Positions 35,463 through 45,031 of a DNA stretch of 64,000 nt are shown piece by piece (the first letter of the stretch is position 1; every line of letters begins with the position of its first letter). The DNA comes from a virus, in IMG/VR virus record IMGVR_UViG_3300022602_003048, positions 29,538 through 93,537 of that record; one strand, given 5' to 3'. Below the pieces are notes generated by a model. That model worked only from the letters and a program-made list of their open reading frames with translations. It was not told the origin of the DNA and did not search any database. Made by a program: the position numbers and the translations under genes.

Positions 35463-36383
35463 TTAGGTTAGTGCAGCTATACGGATCAGTGTAGCAGCAA
35501 GGTTTATCTCAGGGTCGGCCACGAAACTGTGGTCGACTAAACCTTGCTTTATTATCAAGATAGCTTTATCCTGTATAGACTCATCCTCGCTGATTAGTTC
35601 TAGGTTATCATATAACCAACGATAGATGTCCTCCATCTCTTCGGCCCTAGCAGTTTTGCAAACCATCTTACGGGCTTCGTTGATCTTTCCGTCTTTAAAA
35701 AGCTGCACCATGTCAAGGCGCCAGTCTGCTTCATTTTTGTCGTTTTTATCCGGCGCAGTGAGCTTACCCGTCCCAGAATTCATCTGCACCATATTGATGC
35801 ATTTCCTCAAATCTGGATACGTGGCCTTGACATAGGTGTCTAACGTATCGAGGTCTACCTCAATCTCTTCATTTACTAAGATAGTAGCTACCCTAGCAGT
35901 AAACTCATCCTTATCTACAGTTTCAATATGGAAGCCCTGGCACCTGCTGTGTAGGGCAGGGATGATCCTGTTTGGATAGTTACAGGTCATTATGAATCTA
36001 ACCGTGTGATGATATTCTTCCATCACACCGCGCAGTGCTGCCTGCGCATTGGGACTGAGATAATCTGCTTCATCTAACATCACGACTTTGAAGTCACCGA
36101 ATGGGATCATGCGTGAGAAGCTGACGATCTTGTCTCTTACAGTGTCTACATTGTTCTCTCGGCTAGCATTTATTTCCAAGATATCGTACGGATTGATATC
36201 CATCTCGTTCAACAGCATCTTAGCTAGTGTGGTCTTACCAATGCCTGCCGAGCCACTAAACAGCAGATGCGGTATAGATCTGCTCTTGATCCATGATTCT
36301 ACCTGTTGGCGTTGTGTGTCGTCTCTGAACACATAGCCATCTATAGTCTTAGGGCGGTATTTCTCAACCCACAGCTCTTTCAT
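35463..36383 (-). CDS. clamp loader AAA+ subunit (gp44/RFC small subunit)
   Basis: LWVEKYRP, GSAGIGKTT, INAS, LDEADYL, SRC, PDLRK. Confidence 0.93.
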   Translation of the reverse strand: MKELWVEKYRPKTIDGYVFRDDTQRQQVESWIKSRSIPHLLFSGSAGIGKTTLAKMLLNEMDINPYDILEINASRENNVDTVRDKIVSFSRMIPFGDFKVVMLDEADYLSPNAQAALRGVMEEYHHTVRFIMTCNYPNRIIPALHSRCQGFHIETVDKDEFTARVATILVNEEIEVDLDTLDTYVKATYPDLRKCINMVQMNSGTGKLTAPDKNDKNEADWRLDMVQLFKDGKINEARKMVCKTARAEEMEDIYRWLYDNLELISEDESIQDKAILIIKQGLVDHSFVADPEINLAATLIRIAALT

Positions 36384-36586
36384 TCATCACCTATCAGTTT
36401 CATAATTTCCCGAGGACTCTCAGCAACATTCCATGCTTCTCCCTTTGGACCGCCCCATACCACGGTGACTAAACTGCCACCGTCTCCCCTAGGCATTTCA
36501 TAGATGGTGACTATCCAATCGACATTTATATAGATTGGATTACCAACATAGTCTCCTACGGTATTTGTGAGCTTGATAAATTTCAA
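36380..36586 (-). CDS. small protein resembling the FlbD/SwrD family
   Basis: FIKLT...IYINVDWIVTIYE...V.ES..EI pattern. Confidence 0.5.
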   Translation of the reverse strand: MKFIKLTNTVGDYVGNPIYINVDWIVTIYEMPRGDGGSLVTVVWGGPKGEAWNVAESPREIMKLIGDE

Positions 36587-36942
36587 CGCATCATCTCCAT
36601 GCTTACTATCCTAGTAAACGATTCTGTAAAATCCTTCTCAGTTGAAATCACATACATTCTATTATCGTGCCTATCTTTATGTCTATCATATCTGCGGAAT
36701 TCTACTATATGCCCACCAGTCGCACCGTAGAGTCGGATGCTCAATCCTTCAACGTTGAACCCAGGTTCTTCAACAGCGGCAATAATTCTAGGTGGCATAG
36801 GTTGATTTGAAAACTGAGAACGTTCCCAAGACTCTTTACACTTGCGGTCAAACCAACGTGTAAACCATCCTAACTTCTTCTCTTTATTGTAATATGTATC
36901 ACCTGCTTCTGCTCCTGTTGATACTGCATACGATCCGCTCAT
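36583..36942 (-). CDS. hypothetical protein
   Basis: Start re-assigned to MSGSYAV; ATGG.IVEFR.YD motif. Confidence 0.6.
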   Translation of the reverse strand: MSGSYAVSTGAEAGDTYYNKEKKLGWFTRWFDRKCKESWERSQFSNQPMPPRIIAAVEEPGFNVEGLSIRLYGATGGHIVEFRRYDRHKDRHDNRMYVISTEKDFTESFTRIVSMEMMR

Positions 36943-37097
36943 TTGCGATTCTCCTGTCCTATAGCACTTAGTATTAAAAATATATACAAGATAGGCCAAG
37001 CCCAACCCGTTAGTTGTCCTGTGATGTGCAAGATCATCAGGCTGACACCAGTTAGCCCCATCGTACCTATTCCGGCACTGGCATTAGTAAACTTCAT
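36939..37097 (-). CDS. small membrane protein
   Basis: MKFTNASAGIG...LHITGQLTGWAWP; SD GGAGG. Confidence 0.6.
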   Translation of the reverse strand: MKFTNASAGIGTMGLTGVSLMILHITGQLTGWAWPILYIFLILSAIGQENRK

Positions 37098-37252
37098 ACT
37101 AATTCCTCCAATATCCCCAATAGTTCTGCGACCACAAGATAGATACCTGCCGTCGCGACCCAACCGAATACCAACATACCACCAGCTGCGATACGGAATG
37201 CACTCTTGACAAAGCTGATGATCTTGTGTTTTAAGGGATCGGGGTGCTTCAT
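37094..37252 (-). CDS. small membrane protein (52 aa, not in ORF track)
   Basis: Manually translated MKHPDPLKHKIISFVKSAFRIAAG...AELLGILEELV; ATGA overlaps at both ends. Confidence 0.65.
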   Translation of the reverse strand: MKHPDPLKHKIISFVKSAFRIAAGGMLVFGWVATAGIYLVVAELLGILEELV

Positions 37253-37701
37253 AGATCGCCCTCTTTGCGGTTTTCGCTATAATATGCATCAAACTTTCCG
37301 CCAGGATAACGTGCTTCTAACTTGCGCACGTTCTCTTCAATCACCTCGTTAGGATCGAGGTTTAAAGCACGACAAGCATTGATCCAATACCACATAACAT
37401 CACCTAGTTCTCGTTTCATATGGAACACATTATCTTCATTCAACGGTTTACCTTGGAAAATCATTTTCTTGATTATCTCGTTAAACTCACCAACTTCGCT
37501 GCTCAGACCGATACTTGCTGTTATGAGCAAGCTAGGGTTCACTTCTAGGTTTTGTCGATTGCTCTCTGTGAACAGATCGCCTAATCTAGCAACCATTACA
37601 TCTAACCGATTGCTTTCATCGCTAGTCACTGCTTTAACGAAATCACTATATCTGTTTAGGTCAATCTTTTGCAAAGTAGGCATCCTTTGGCTTCTCATCA
37701 C
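37249..37701 (-). CDS. MazG-like nucleotide pyrophosphohydrolase
   Basis: GLSSEVGEFNEIIKK, RELGDVMWY, N..KL..RYP. Confidence 0.88.
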   Translation of the reverse strand: MMRSQRMPTLQKIDLNRYSDFVKAVTSDESNRLDVMVARLGDLFTESNRQNLEVNPSLLITASIGLSSEVGEFNEIIKKMIFQGKPLNEDNVFHMKRELGDVMWYWINACRALNLDPNEVIEENVRKLEARYPGGKFDAYYSENRKEGDL

Positions 37702-38002
37702 TTATCATCATAATAGCATCAGCATCTATCCTTCGCAACATAATTGTTGAGCCATCCTCTTTTTCTAGCTCAAAACCACGTGTCCAACGACCGTGTTCTA
37801 TCAATACCCAATCTCCGACTGAAACGTCTTCTTGGTCTCTACCTATGGCATAGACTTTACCCCATCTAGGTTTTACACCGATGGACTTTCCGTCGTCGTC
37901 TGGGATGATCACACCGCTAGCAGTTTTCTGTTCACCGAAGTACATATCACTGACTATAATTCCTTTTTTGATGGGAGTTATAGATTTGATCGCCTTGTGC
38001 AT
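37661..38002 (-). CDS. groES: co-chaperonin GroES-like
   Basis: KTASGVIIP, G.VYAIG, VSVGDWVL. Confidence 0.82.
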   Translation of the reverse strand: MHKAIKSITPIKKGIIVSDMYFGEQKTASGVIIPDDDGKSIGVKPRWGKVYAIGRDQEDVSVGDWVLIEHGRWTRGFELEKEDGSTIMLRRIDADAIMMISDEKPKDAYFAKD

Positions 38003-38005
38003 GAA

Positions 38006-38350
38006 TTATTCTCCTGTGCGTTTACGCTTAGTGATATCAGCAGGAACTACTGCATCATCGAAGTTTTCTGAAACTAGCTCGTCGATAGTTTTATCGTTTG
38101 TTGCGACTGTTTCTGGTACCACTACATTTGGTCGCCTCTTTATCACTTCATCAGGGACAGCATTTGGGTTGTTCCTATAATACTCAGCTAATATATCTTC
38201 ACGCTTGCGCACGATCTTTCCGCCCGGACCTAGCTCGTCTCCACGAGCATTTACACGCACATTTCCTATAGCTGGAGTTAGTTCATTTTTGGTAGCCAGA
38301 TTCTCTAGATCGACTATCCTACCCTGCATGGTTTTATATGTTTTCTTCAT
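38006..38350 (-). CDS. conserved phage hypothetical protein
   Basis: AIGNVRVNARGDELGPGG motif; SD AGGAG. Confidence 0.72.
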   Translation of the reverse strand: MKKTYKTMQGRIVDLENLATKNELTPAIGNVRVNARGDELGPGGKIVRKREDILAEYYRNNPNAVPDEVIKRRPNVVVPETVATNDKTIDELVSENFDDAVVPADITKRKRTGE

Positions 38351-38359
38351 CTTGTTCTC

Positions 38360-38896
38360 CTATCTTAAAAATTCACTAATATCTAAATCATATTTAAGTG
38401 AGTCTATTTTGTGTATGCCTAAAAGATAAAGACAGTAGCTGGCTACACTTGATCCTCTACCTACGCCCCATAATATATTGTTTTCTCGCATGATGTCAAC
38501 CAAATATTTCAAGAAACGCAACACATCTATCATATTCCTCTCTCGGAACAGCATCAGTTCCTGTGTTACCCTCATCATCTCCTCGTCGGTATTTGCCGCA
38601 TTTATCAGGAACAGGTCTATGTCCATGTTTTTATATTCATCAGGCATGAACCAATTGGATTGATTTGATCGATCGAAATCTTCTTTAGTTGGATTATTTT
38701 CGCTTTGTGGAACAGGAAGTGGCCAATCAGAAAGAGAATTGTTCTCTAAGAATTCTAGATATCTCAAATAATCTTGGTCATCGAATGATACTCGAGCGTT
38801 AGCAATCTTATCAATATTGCCTTTATAGATCTCTCTTATAAGATTTGATCCAGTAAAAGTTATACGACCTAGGTCGTCAATCTGCATCCTTGCCAC
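38360..38896 (-). CDS. stand-alone DNA polymerase III alpha (DnaE) fragment
   Basis: RV..EL..F, YLVD..R...I.WGVGRGSSVAS..LYLLGI..ID..KY.L...EFLR; stops before the catalytic PDID. Confidence 0.8.
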   Translation of the reverse strand: MARMQIDDLGRITFTGSNLIREIYKGNIDKIANARVSFDDQDYLRYLEFLENNSLSDWPLPVPQSENNPTKEDFDRSNQSNWFMPDEYKNMDIDLFLINAANTDEEMMRVTQELMLFRERNMIDVLRFLKYLVDIMRENNILWGVGRGSSVASYCLYLLGIHKIDSLKYDLDISEFLR

Positions 38897-39530
38897 CTGT
38901 TATTATCTGGAACTTTTTGGTCGCTTTTTTTAATTGTTCCGCTTCTGCTAGCTCTTCTTTAAACATTTCTTCCCAAGTAAAGTCTCCTTCGTATATACCA
39001 TCATCTTTTATTAGGTCATATGTGGCTGCGTCTTTGCGTAACCACCAAGGCAAGAGTTTTGTGTCCTTATCGCCCCACCATTCTTCTTTGGTCGGCAACA
39101 GTATAGATAGTTCAGGACTGTCGGAGTCGAACGTGAATCGTATGTTATTTCCTAGTTCGCTAGATATGACTATGTGTGATATTTCTAGATCATCTCCTAC
39201 TATGGCTATCAGTTTAGACAGCATCAAACAGCCCATAGTCTGATCGTTTGCTTTTCCCGGAACCATGATAAAATTATTAGTAACTAAGTTAGACAGCTCA
39301 CTGCTGTAGTCTTTTTGATCTAGTATCACTGCGCCGTTCATCAGTGTCTTGAAGAACATCTCTATCTTTTCTATAGCAATGTCATTTAGTATAGGATTTT
39401 CAACAACTGGGTTGAAACCAACAGTTATATTGAAGTCATTCAATAATAGTAATTTGTCAACATATATCAGACAGGTAAGTGTAGTCGGCCATTCATGTGG
39501 TGCCGCACTAATCGACGTTGATGAGCTCAT
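38877..39530 (-). CDS. hypothetical protein
   Basis: 217 aa ORF in operon. Confidence 0.65.
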   Translation of the reverse strand: MSSSTSISAAPHEWPTTLTCLIYVDKLLLLNDFNITVGFNPVVENPILNDIAIEKIEMFFKTLMNGAVILDQKDYSSELSNLVTNNFIMVPGKANDQTMGCLMLSKLIAIVGDDLEISHIVISSELGNNIRFTFDSDSPELSILLPTKEEWWGDKDTKLLPWWLRKDAATYDLIKDDGIYEGDFTWEEMFKEELAEAEQLKKATKKFQIITGGKDAD

Positions 39531-39744
39531 CTAGATCATTTTCTCCATTCTCAGCAGCTCTCTTGGCTTTTGCCAGAGACCTTTCTTGCATCTCGGCCTT
39601 ATAACTGTCTAATAATAACACAATCTGACCTGTAATGCTAGGAGAAAAACGCATAGCTTGGAAGTATTTTTTGGTGAGTTCCTGCACCTTTTCGTCCAGT
39701 TCTTTATCAGATATAGCAGACAAGTCTGGAGTAAAAGGATGCAT
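39508..39744 (-). CDS. hypothetical protein
   Basis: 78 aa helical ORF, coupled to neighbours. Confidence 0.65.
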   Translation of the reverse strand: MHPFTPDLSAISDKELDEKVQELTKKYFQAMRFSPSITGQIVLLLDSYKAEMQERSLAKAKRAAENGENDLDELINVD

Positions 39745-40595
39745 TATGAGAAGGTTCCAAAATTACGCATGAATACAACGCTACCGCCGTTATATGTAGT
39801 AAATTCAAAACCTGTATATGAGCTAGAGCTAGAAACTTGGAATACCGGTGTAGGAGTAGAGATGTTAGCAACAGCACCTGCTACCGGAACAGATCCGCCT
39901 GTTACAGTATAGGTGATGCTGGTTGAATTGATTATGCTAGCCACCACACATGAACTCGGTGTTCCGTTGTACAATGCGCCCGTCTGGCTGATTGCTGTTA
40001 TAGTTGATCCTACAGTGAGCTTTGAAGTGTCAATCATGTTTGTGATAGTAGCAGTCCAAGGTCCTGTTCCGGAGATAGAACCAACAGTTCCTGTTGTGCT
40101 AACTCGAGTAACTGCTGCGTCCTTTAGAAGTGACCCACCATTACCGACTACGAAATTAAAAGTCCTAGGTGTTGAATCGTTATTGTTTACTAATATCCTC
40201 ATAGTAGCTTCGTTAGCAGCAGGAAAACCAGTTCCAGCGGTAGAGTTGTTAGGTAACAAGGTAAACTGTACACTACTAGCAGGTGAGCCTAGCGAGAATG
40301 TCTGTAGTGCGCCCTGTGTGTAATCTAGATTAGTAGCGGATATTACTATGCCTCCAGAATAAAGTCCTTCGGTGTAATTTAATAGATTGACACTGGTTAT
40401 TGTGTTGTTATTGAAATTAGTCGAAGTAGCATTCGTAGTAGCAGCAGTTGATTGCAGAGCAGATATCTCACCAGCTGCGGTTTCTAATCCATTCTTTATA
40501 TAGAGGAAAATATCTCTGAAACCCTGGCTATCGTTATCAACACCAGCTACTGGATATGTAGCATCTATACCGCTGTAATTTATCTGACTAGTCAT
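39744..40595 (-). CDS. virion structural protein
   Basis: MTSQIN..ID.TYPVAG.DNDSQGFRD N-terminus, beta-rich C-terminus. Confidence 0.72.
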   Translation of the reverse strand: MTSQINYSGIDATYPVAGVDNDSQGFRDIFLYIKNGLETAAGEISALQSTAATTNATSTNFNNNTITSVNLLNYTEGLYSGGIVISATNLDYTQGALQTFSLGSPASSVQFTLLPNNSTAGTGFPAANEATMRILVNNNDSTPRTFNFVVGNGGSLLKDAAVTRVSTTGTVGSISGTGPWTATITNMIDTSKLTVGSTITAISQTGALYNGTPSSCVVASIINSTSITYTVTGGSVPVAGAVANISTPTPVFQVSSSSSYTGFEFTTYNGGSVVFMRNFGTFS

Positions 40596-43500
40596 TTATA
40601 ACCTCTCTCGCTGGAAACATGATATATTTAGCTCCCACCTCACCAGTGACACTGTCAACTATGGCCCTGTCGATGGTTAGATCTATCAATTTAAAATCAA
40701 ATCCAGAATTTTCTATGTTCAATATTATGTTGTCTGCTGCTCCAGGCAAGCAATAGCAGAGTACCATCGCCTTGGTAAATCCCTGTGCCACTCCACTGTA
40801 TGATTGCGGAGTACGCATCCACAGTGGCATGAAATTCCTCTCAGTATCACCGACTGATGCTACATTATTCCTTATATTAGTAAAGCTATTAGCAAACACT
40901 GAACTCTTGTTTATATCGCTCACTAGCTGTCCAGTGAAATCTACGCTCATAACCTTATCTTGTAGCTGCACTATAGGAAGACGATCGAGAGACATAGCTG
41001 CTGTCCTGTTACCGGTTAGGTCGCCATCGGCTACATCTCTCCTAGATTGATTTACAGTAATTGGATGGTTTAGTAGATTGGTTTTGATCTCTAGGATAGT
41101 ACCCTCATCTGTTTCTAGATTATCTATTATTTCTAGATACACAGCTTCATATACCGTAGTATTGGTGGTTATGTCAGTAGCTATTCCTTTTTTCAGATTT
41201 CCTACACGTAATCTTTTCCTAGAACTGCGTCCAAACGCCGAAACGTAGCCAGCAGCTGATTTGGTTTCGATTCCAGGATAGAGCAGTATCTTTAGATCAG
41301 CCTGAACGCCAAATTCTGGATCGCTTGGTCTATACAGCTTCGAAGGTTCAAATATAGAGGTATCGATAAACAGATTAGCCAATTTAGACCTCATGTCTGC
41401 ACTGAGAAAAGGTTTGACATATATGTTGCTGTACAAGCGATCGTTAGGAGTAACGACCTTTAGCGTGAATATCTTAGTTGCGCTAGATTCGTTAAACTGG
41501 TCGGTCGCTAGTATTATGAATTTATAGCTGCGATCTACAGTCGTTGTCAAACCATCTAATATCATGGTATTGTTATCGAAGGTAGTCAACCCCGGACTCG
41601 ACTCTGTAGCGAACTGTGTTACTTTGCCTTGTATAGTTCCATCTCTACCTAGCGTTAGCCCGGGAGGTAATGCACCACCTGCTAATTCGTATGCTAGCAC
41701 AGCATTGCTTATCGTAGTAGTTGCTGATACAGAGAGAGTGCTGTTGAAATTAGCAGCGATAGTTCCGAGATCGCCGCCAGTGACGAATCTTATGTTGCTA
41801 TCAACTTCTCCGAGTATATCTACATTGAACGTGCGATAGCTACTGATAGTATCCCCAGTCTGGGGATCATATCTAACAGCTATAATAGTGAATTTATAAT
41901 TTTTAGTGACAGCTGTCTGATAAGGAACGTCCCCATATATAGAACCACTTAGTTGATCTAGCTCCATGTCAGGAGGTAGCGTGCTGATAGTACCCATCCT
42001 CAGCACGACTCCTTTGGTGTTTCCTAGATCCGTTGGACTGTTCCAGCTAATAAGCAAGGTCTTAGTGCTAGGCGACCAACCGATCACTACGGCTTCTATA
42101 GGTATTCCTACTGCGTCTACATGATATCCTACCTCTATGGTTCCTGTTACTTTTGTTGGATCGACAGTTAGAGACGCGGTTGTGTTGACTGCATATATGG
42201 TAGCATTGCTAATAGCTGATGCTACACCTGTCGATATCGTAAATGTGGTACCATTTAGGTCGATATTGGTAATAGTAGTTCCGCTGACGAAAGATCCATT
42301 GCCCTTGATAACATACACACTCATACCCACAGATAAGTTGGCAGTACTAGTTACTGTTATTGTTGTACCTGTACCTGAGGCATTTGTTAGCGTAGTGTGG
42401 TTTCCAGTCGACCAAGATACTCCGTTAGCTATAGCTTCATTATTGTTTGGTGCCTGCACGAAACCTATAGTGCCTTGCAGTGTTGATGATACATATACCC
42501 TCAAAGGAATAGTAATGTAATTGTTAGCACGCCTCGATCCTAGATACTGTGGAGTTATCCACACAGGCTTACGCAGGAATGTATCGTCAGCCGTGAATAT
42601 CCCAGTGCCTGCTTTCATTATAGTATCATCTGCGCGGAGATGATCATCGCTAACAACGAATATCCTGAACGTCCTATCTACGTAATTCCTACCGTCGCTT
42701 GCCCTCACGATGAAAGAGTAGTATTGGTTCAGCTTTTTAGGAGCACGTATAGCATCGCTGTAATCGTAGGTCTGATTGTCATAGAAGAAACTGTCATAAC
42801 CGTCGTATGGTGCGACTCCGTAATCGTAGTTGTATTTGTCGTACAGAGTAGTATCAAACGTTCCATTGGTAGTATCTCCAGCAGTGACAGCCAGGACTGG
42901 CTGGGTAAACCCACTCAGCAGTCCAGATTCAGATAGCGTTATGCCTGGTGGTAGTTCCCCTCCGTTGGGTGGTATATAGAAACTAAAAGAGTGACCCAAC
43001 GGTAGTGATTGGTAAACAGCTGACAGTTGGAAGTCTATCGGACTGTTATCTAATATCCAATATGATCCGTTGACTCCTACAGGCAGATCTCCTGCAGGAG
43101 TTTCCCATTCTGGAAGTGTTGGACCAGTTACTGTTATGGTAAAAGTACGATCAGTTATTCCATCTAGATTCTGTGCCCTCAGCACGAATCTAAAGTCAGT
43201 AATATCAAAAACATCGTAGGGTGTTCCGATTATAGAATCGCCGGAGATCCTCAGACCACCGGGTAACTCTCCCGAAATAACAGATATGTTTATGGTTCCA
43301 GGAAATGCAAACCCACCGTTAGGCAAGATAGGAATTCCAAAATATTGTGGACCAATGATGTACGGATATACAGGTCTGCTAGTGTCAGCAGGATCAACTG
43401 TGACGAAATAGGCCTGCACACCCTGAGGATATTCTGGAGTTTTGCAGAAACGGCTGTTGTATTGGTCGAGATCTCCGTATCCTGACACATATTCGAAATC

Positions 43501-44214
43501 TTCTATGAATGTTCCATCTGGATCTGTGCCATTAGCTCGCTGTGCGGTCTTCAACACATAGCTGCTGGTCATTATCTTGATGCTGCTGTTCATATCATCG
43601 AACTGTGAATAACCATATGGTCCATAGATAGGTAACCCGTCAAACGCATATCCTATTATAGGGCTGTGTGCGCTTGGGTTCTTGGTATAGACTAATGCAG
43701 GATCGGCTTGGTAGTAGAATTTGCGATCTGAACCGACGATGCCCGAACCGTCAGTGAAATAGTCCTGAACGGGATATATTACGGAATTTTCTGTGTAGAC
43801 AGTGCCATTAAAGCTGTGGATCTTTCCCGAATTAGGAGAGATGAATGGCACACCATCAATCGCTACCCCTATCTGTCCTAACGCAGCAGTTGGTGTATTA
43901 GACGTAGCAAGCAATTTGATCCTAGGAAACTGGAAAACGTAAGACTGTGCTTGGGGTGAATATGTGTTGTATCCTGTCGGTGCACCTATCCATGCTGTTT
44001 GCGCTAATCCGTTGCTTTTTATGAAAACATAGTCAACATTAGCATATACCTGTGTGTTAGATTTAAACTGCGCTGCCTCGATGGTAGCTATATTGTCTGA
44101 ATCTAAAACTAGTGGATCGTTAGGATCTGTGAATTTTATAGGAGCTAAAACCGTCCTCTCGGGAAAAGTGCCGAGACTAGTGTTAGATTTTATTGTCCAG
44201 GATGGTTTCGCCAT
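40588..44214 (-). CDS. large virion/baseplate protein with YHYH-like domain and putative Ig repeats
   Basis: HSPIIGYAFDGLPIYGPYG...GDLD..N.R...TPEYP.G; repeated G.LP.G..L...G.I.G; TAAATA at 44236-44241. Confidence 0.78.
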   Translation of the reverse strand: MAKPSWTIKSNTSLGTFPERTVLAPIKFTDPNDPLVLDSDNIATIEAAQFKSNTQVYANVDYVFIKSNGLAQTAWIGAPTGYNTYSPQAQSYVFQFPRIKLLATSNTPTAALGQIGVAIDGVPFISPNSGKIHSFNGTVYTENSVIYPVQDYFTDGSGIVGSDRKFYYQADPALVYTKNPSAHSPIIGYAFDGLPIYGPYGYSQFDDMNSSIKIMTSSYVLKTAQRANGTDPDGTFIEDFEYVSGYGDLDQYNSRFCKTPEYPQGVQAYFVTVDPADTSRPVYPYIIGPQYFGIPILPNGGFAFPGTINISVISGELPGGLRISGDSIIGTPYDVFDITDFRFVLRAQNLDGITDRTFTITVTGPTLPEWETPAGDLPVGVNGSYWILDNSPIDFQLSAVYQSLPLGHSFSFYIPPNGGELPPGITLSESGLLSGFTQPVLAVTAGDTTNGTFDTTLYDKYNYDYGVAPYDGYDSFFYDNQTYDYSDAIRAPKKLNQYYSFIVRASDGRNYVDRTFRIFVVSDDHLRADDTIMKAGTGIFTADDTFLRKPVWITPQYLGSRRANNYITIPLRVYVSSTLQGTIGFVQAPNNNEAIANGVSWSTGNHTTLTNASGTGTTITVTSTANLSVGMSVYVIKGNGSFVSGTTITNIDLNGTTFTISTGVASAISNATIYAVNTTASLTVDPTKVTGTIEVGYHVDAVGIPIEAVVIGWSPSTKTLLISWNSPTDLGNTKGVVLRMGTISTLPPDMELDQLSGSIYGDVPYQTAVTKNYKFTIIAVRYDPQTGDTISSYRTFNVDILGEVDSNIRFVTGGDLGTIAANFNSTLSVSATTTISNAVLAYELAGGALPPGLTLGRDGTIQGKVTQFATESSPGLTTFDNNTMILDGLTTTVDRSYKFIILATDQFNESSATKIFTLKVVTPNDRLYSNIYVKPFLSADMRSKLANLFIDTSIFEPSKLYRPSDPEFGVQADLKILLYPGIETKSAAGYVSAFGRSSRKRLRVGNLKKGIATDITTNTTVYEAVYLEIIDNLETDEGTILEIKTNLLNHPITVNQSRRDVADGDLTGNRTAAMSLDRLPIVQLQDKVMSVDFTGQLVSDINKSSVFANSFTNIRNNVASVGDTERNFMPLWMRTPQSYSGVAQGFTKAMVLCYCLPGAADNIILNIENSGFDFKLIDLTIDRAIVDSVTGEVGAKYIMFPAREVIND

Positions 44215-44255
44215 GATAAATTTATCCTTATGATATATTTATCGTGTCCCAAGCA

Positions 44256-45005
44256 TCATATAGAACCGTTGTCTACTATAATCTGAACCGGAGATTGGAA
44301 TGTACCCATGTCTATATTGGTACCTAATTTTAGATAAGATATGAAATCTGTGACAACGGGTATCAGGCCGCCCATGTCAAATGATTGAGAAGCCAAGCTC
44401 AAGGATCTAATATCAATACCGTACACTAGACCAGTTACGTTTCCAGTCAGGTTGCCAGTAACATTACCACTTAGATTACCAGTGACATCTCCAGTTACCG
44501 GACCTACGAAACTACCAGCCGTTATCGTACCAGAACCTGATATGTTATGTGTTCCAGTATTTAGGTTTCCACCTAGCTGTGGTGATAAATCTGCCTGTAC
44601 AGTGAAGGTATTGTTTATGGTGACTGTGTTTCCAGAAACAGAAGTGCTGGCGTTAGTCCCACCTACTATGTTTAATACAGATCCTGATGATGCTGTAAAT
44701 GATCCGGTAGATCCAGTTACTACGCCGATGCTGCCTGCGCTATTAGCTATTACTAGCTCGTTGTTGGTTCCGGAGACAGTGATGTTTATCCCAGATCCTG
44801 CGCTCAAGGTCCTAAAGTCTAGATTTACACCAGTCTTTCCCTGGAAGACACCTAGACCGGTACCTACGTTAGTGCCGGTATTGTCCTGAGCCTGGAGCAG
44901 ATCTATCTGCTGGAAATTATCATTTACCTTGGTAAAGGCTGTGCGCAGATCATCGCCTGTGCCGTCATTTGGATAGTTACCTAGGTTGATAGTCTGTAGA
45001 GCCAT
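44256..45005 (-). CDS. baseplate/short fibre protein (gp9/gp10-like N-terminus)
   Basis: QTINLG..PNDGTGDDLRTAF.KVN.NF; TAAATA at 45021-45026. Confidence 0.75.
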   Translation of the reverse strand: MALQTINLGNYPNDGTGDDLRTAFTKVNDNFQQIDLLQAQDNTGTNVGTGLGVFQGKTGVNLDFRTLSAGSGINITVSGTNNELVIANSAGSIGVVTGSTGSFTASSGSVLNIVGGTNASTSVSGNTVTINNTFTVQADLSPQLGGNLNTGTHNISGSGTITAGSFVGPVTGDVTGNLSGNVTGNLTGNVTGLVYGIDIRSLSLASQSFDMGGLIPVVTDFISYLKLGTNIDMGTFQSPVQIIVDNGSI

Positions 45006-45031
45006 TTTTGTTCCTTTTGATATTTATCGGA

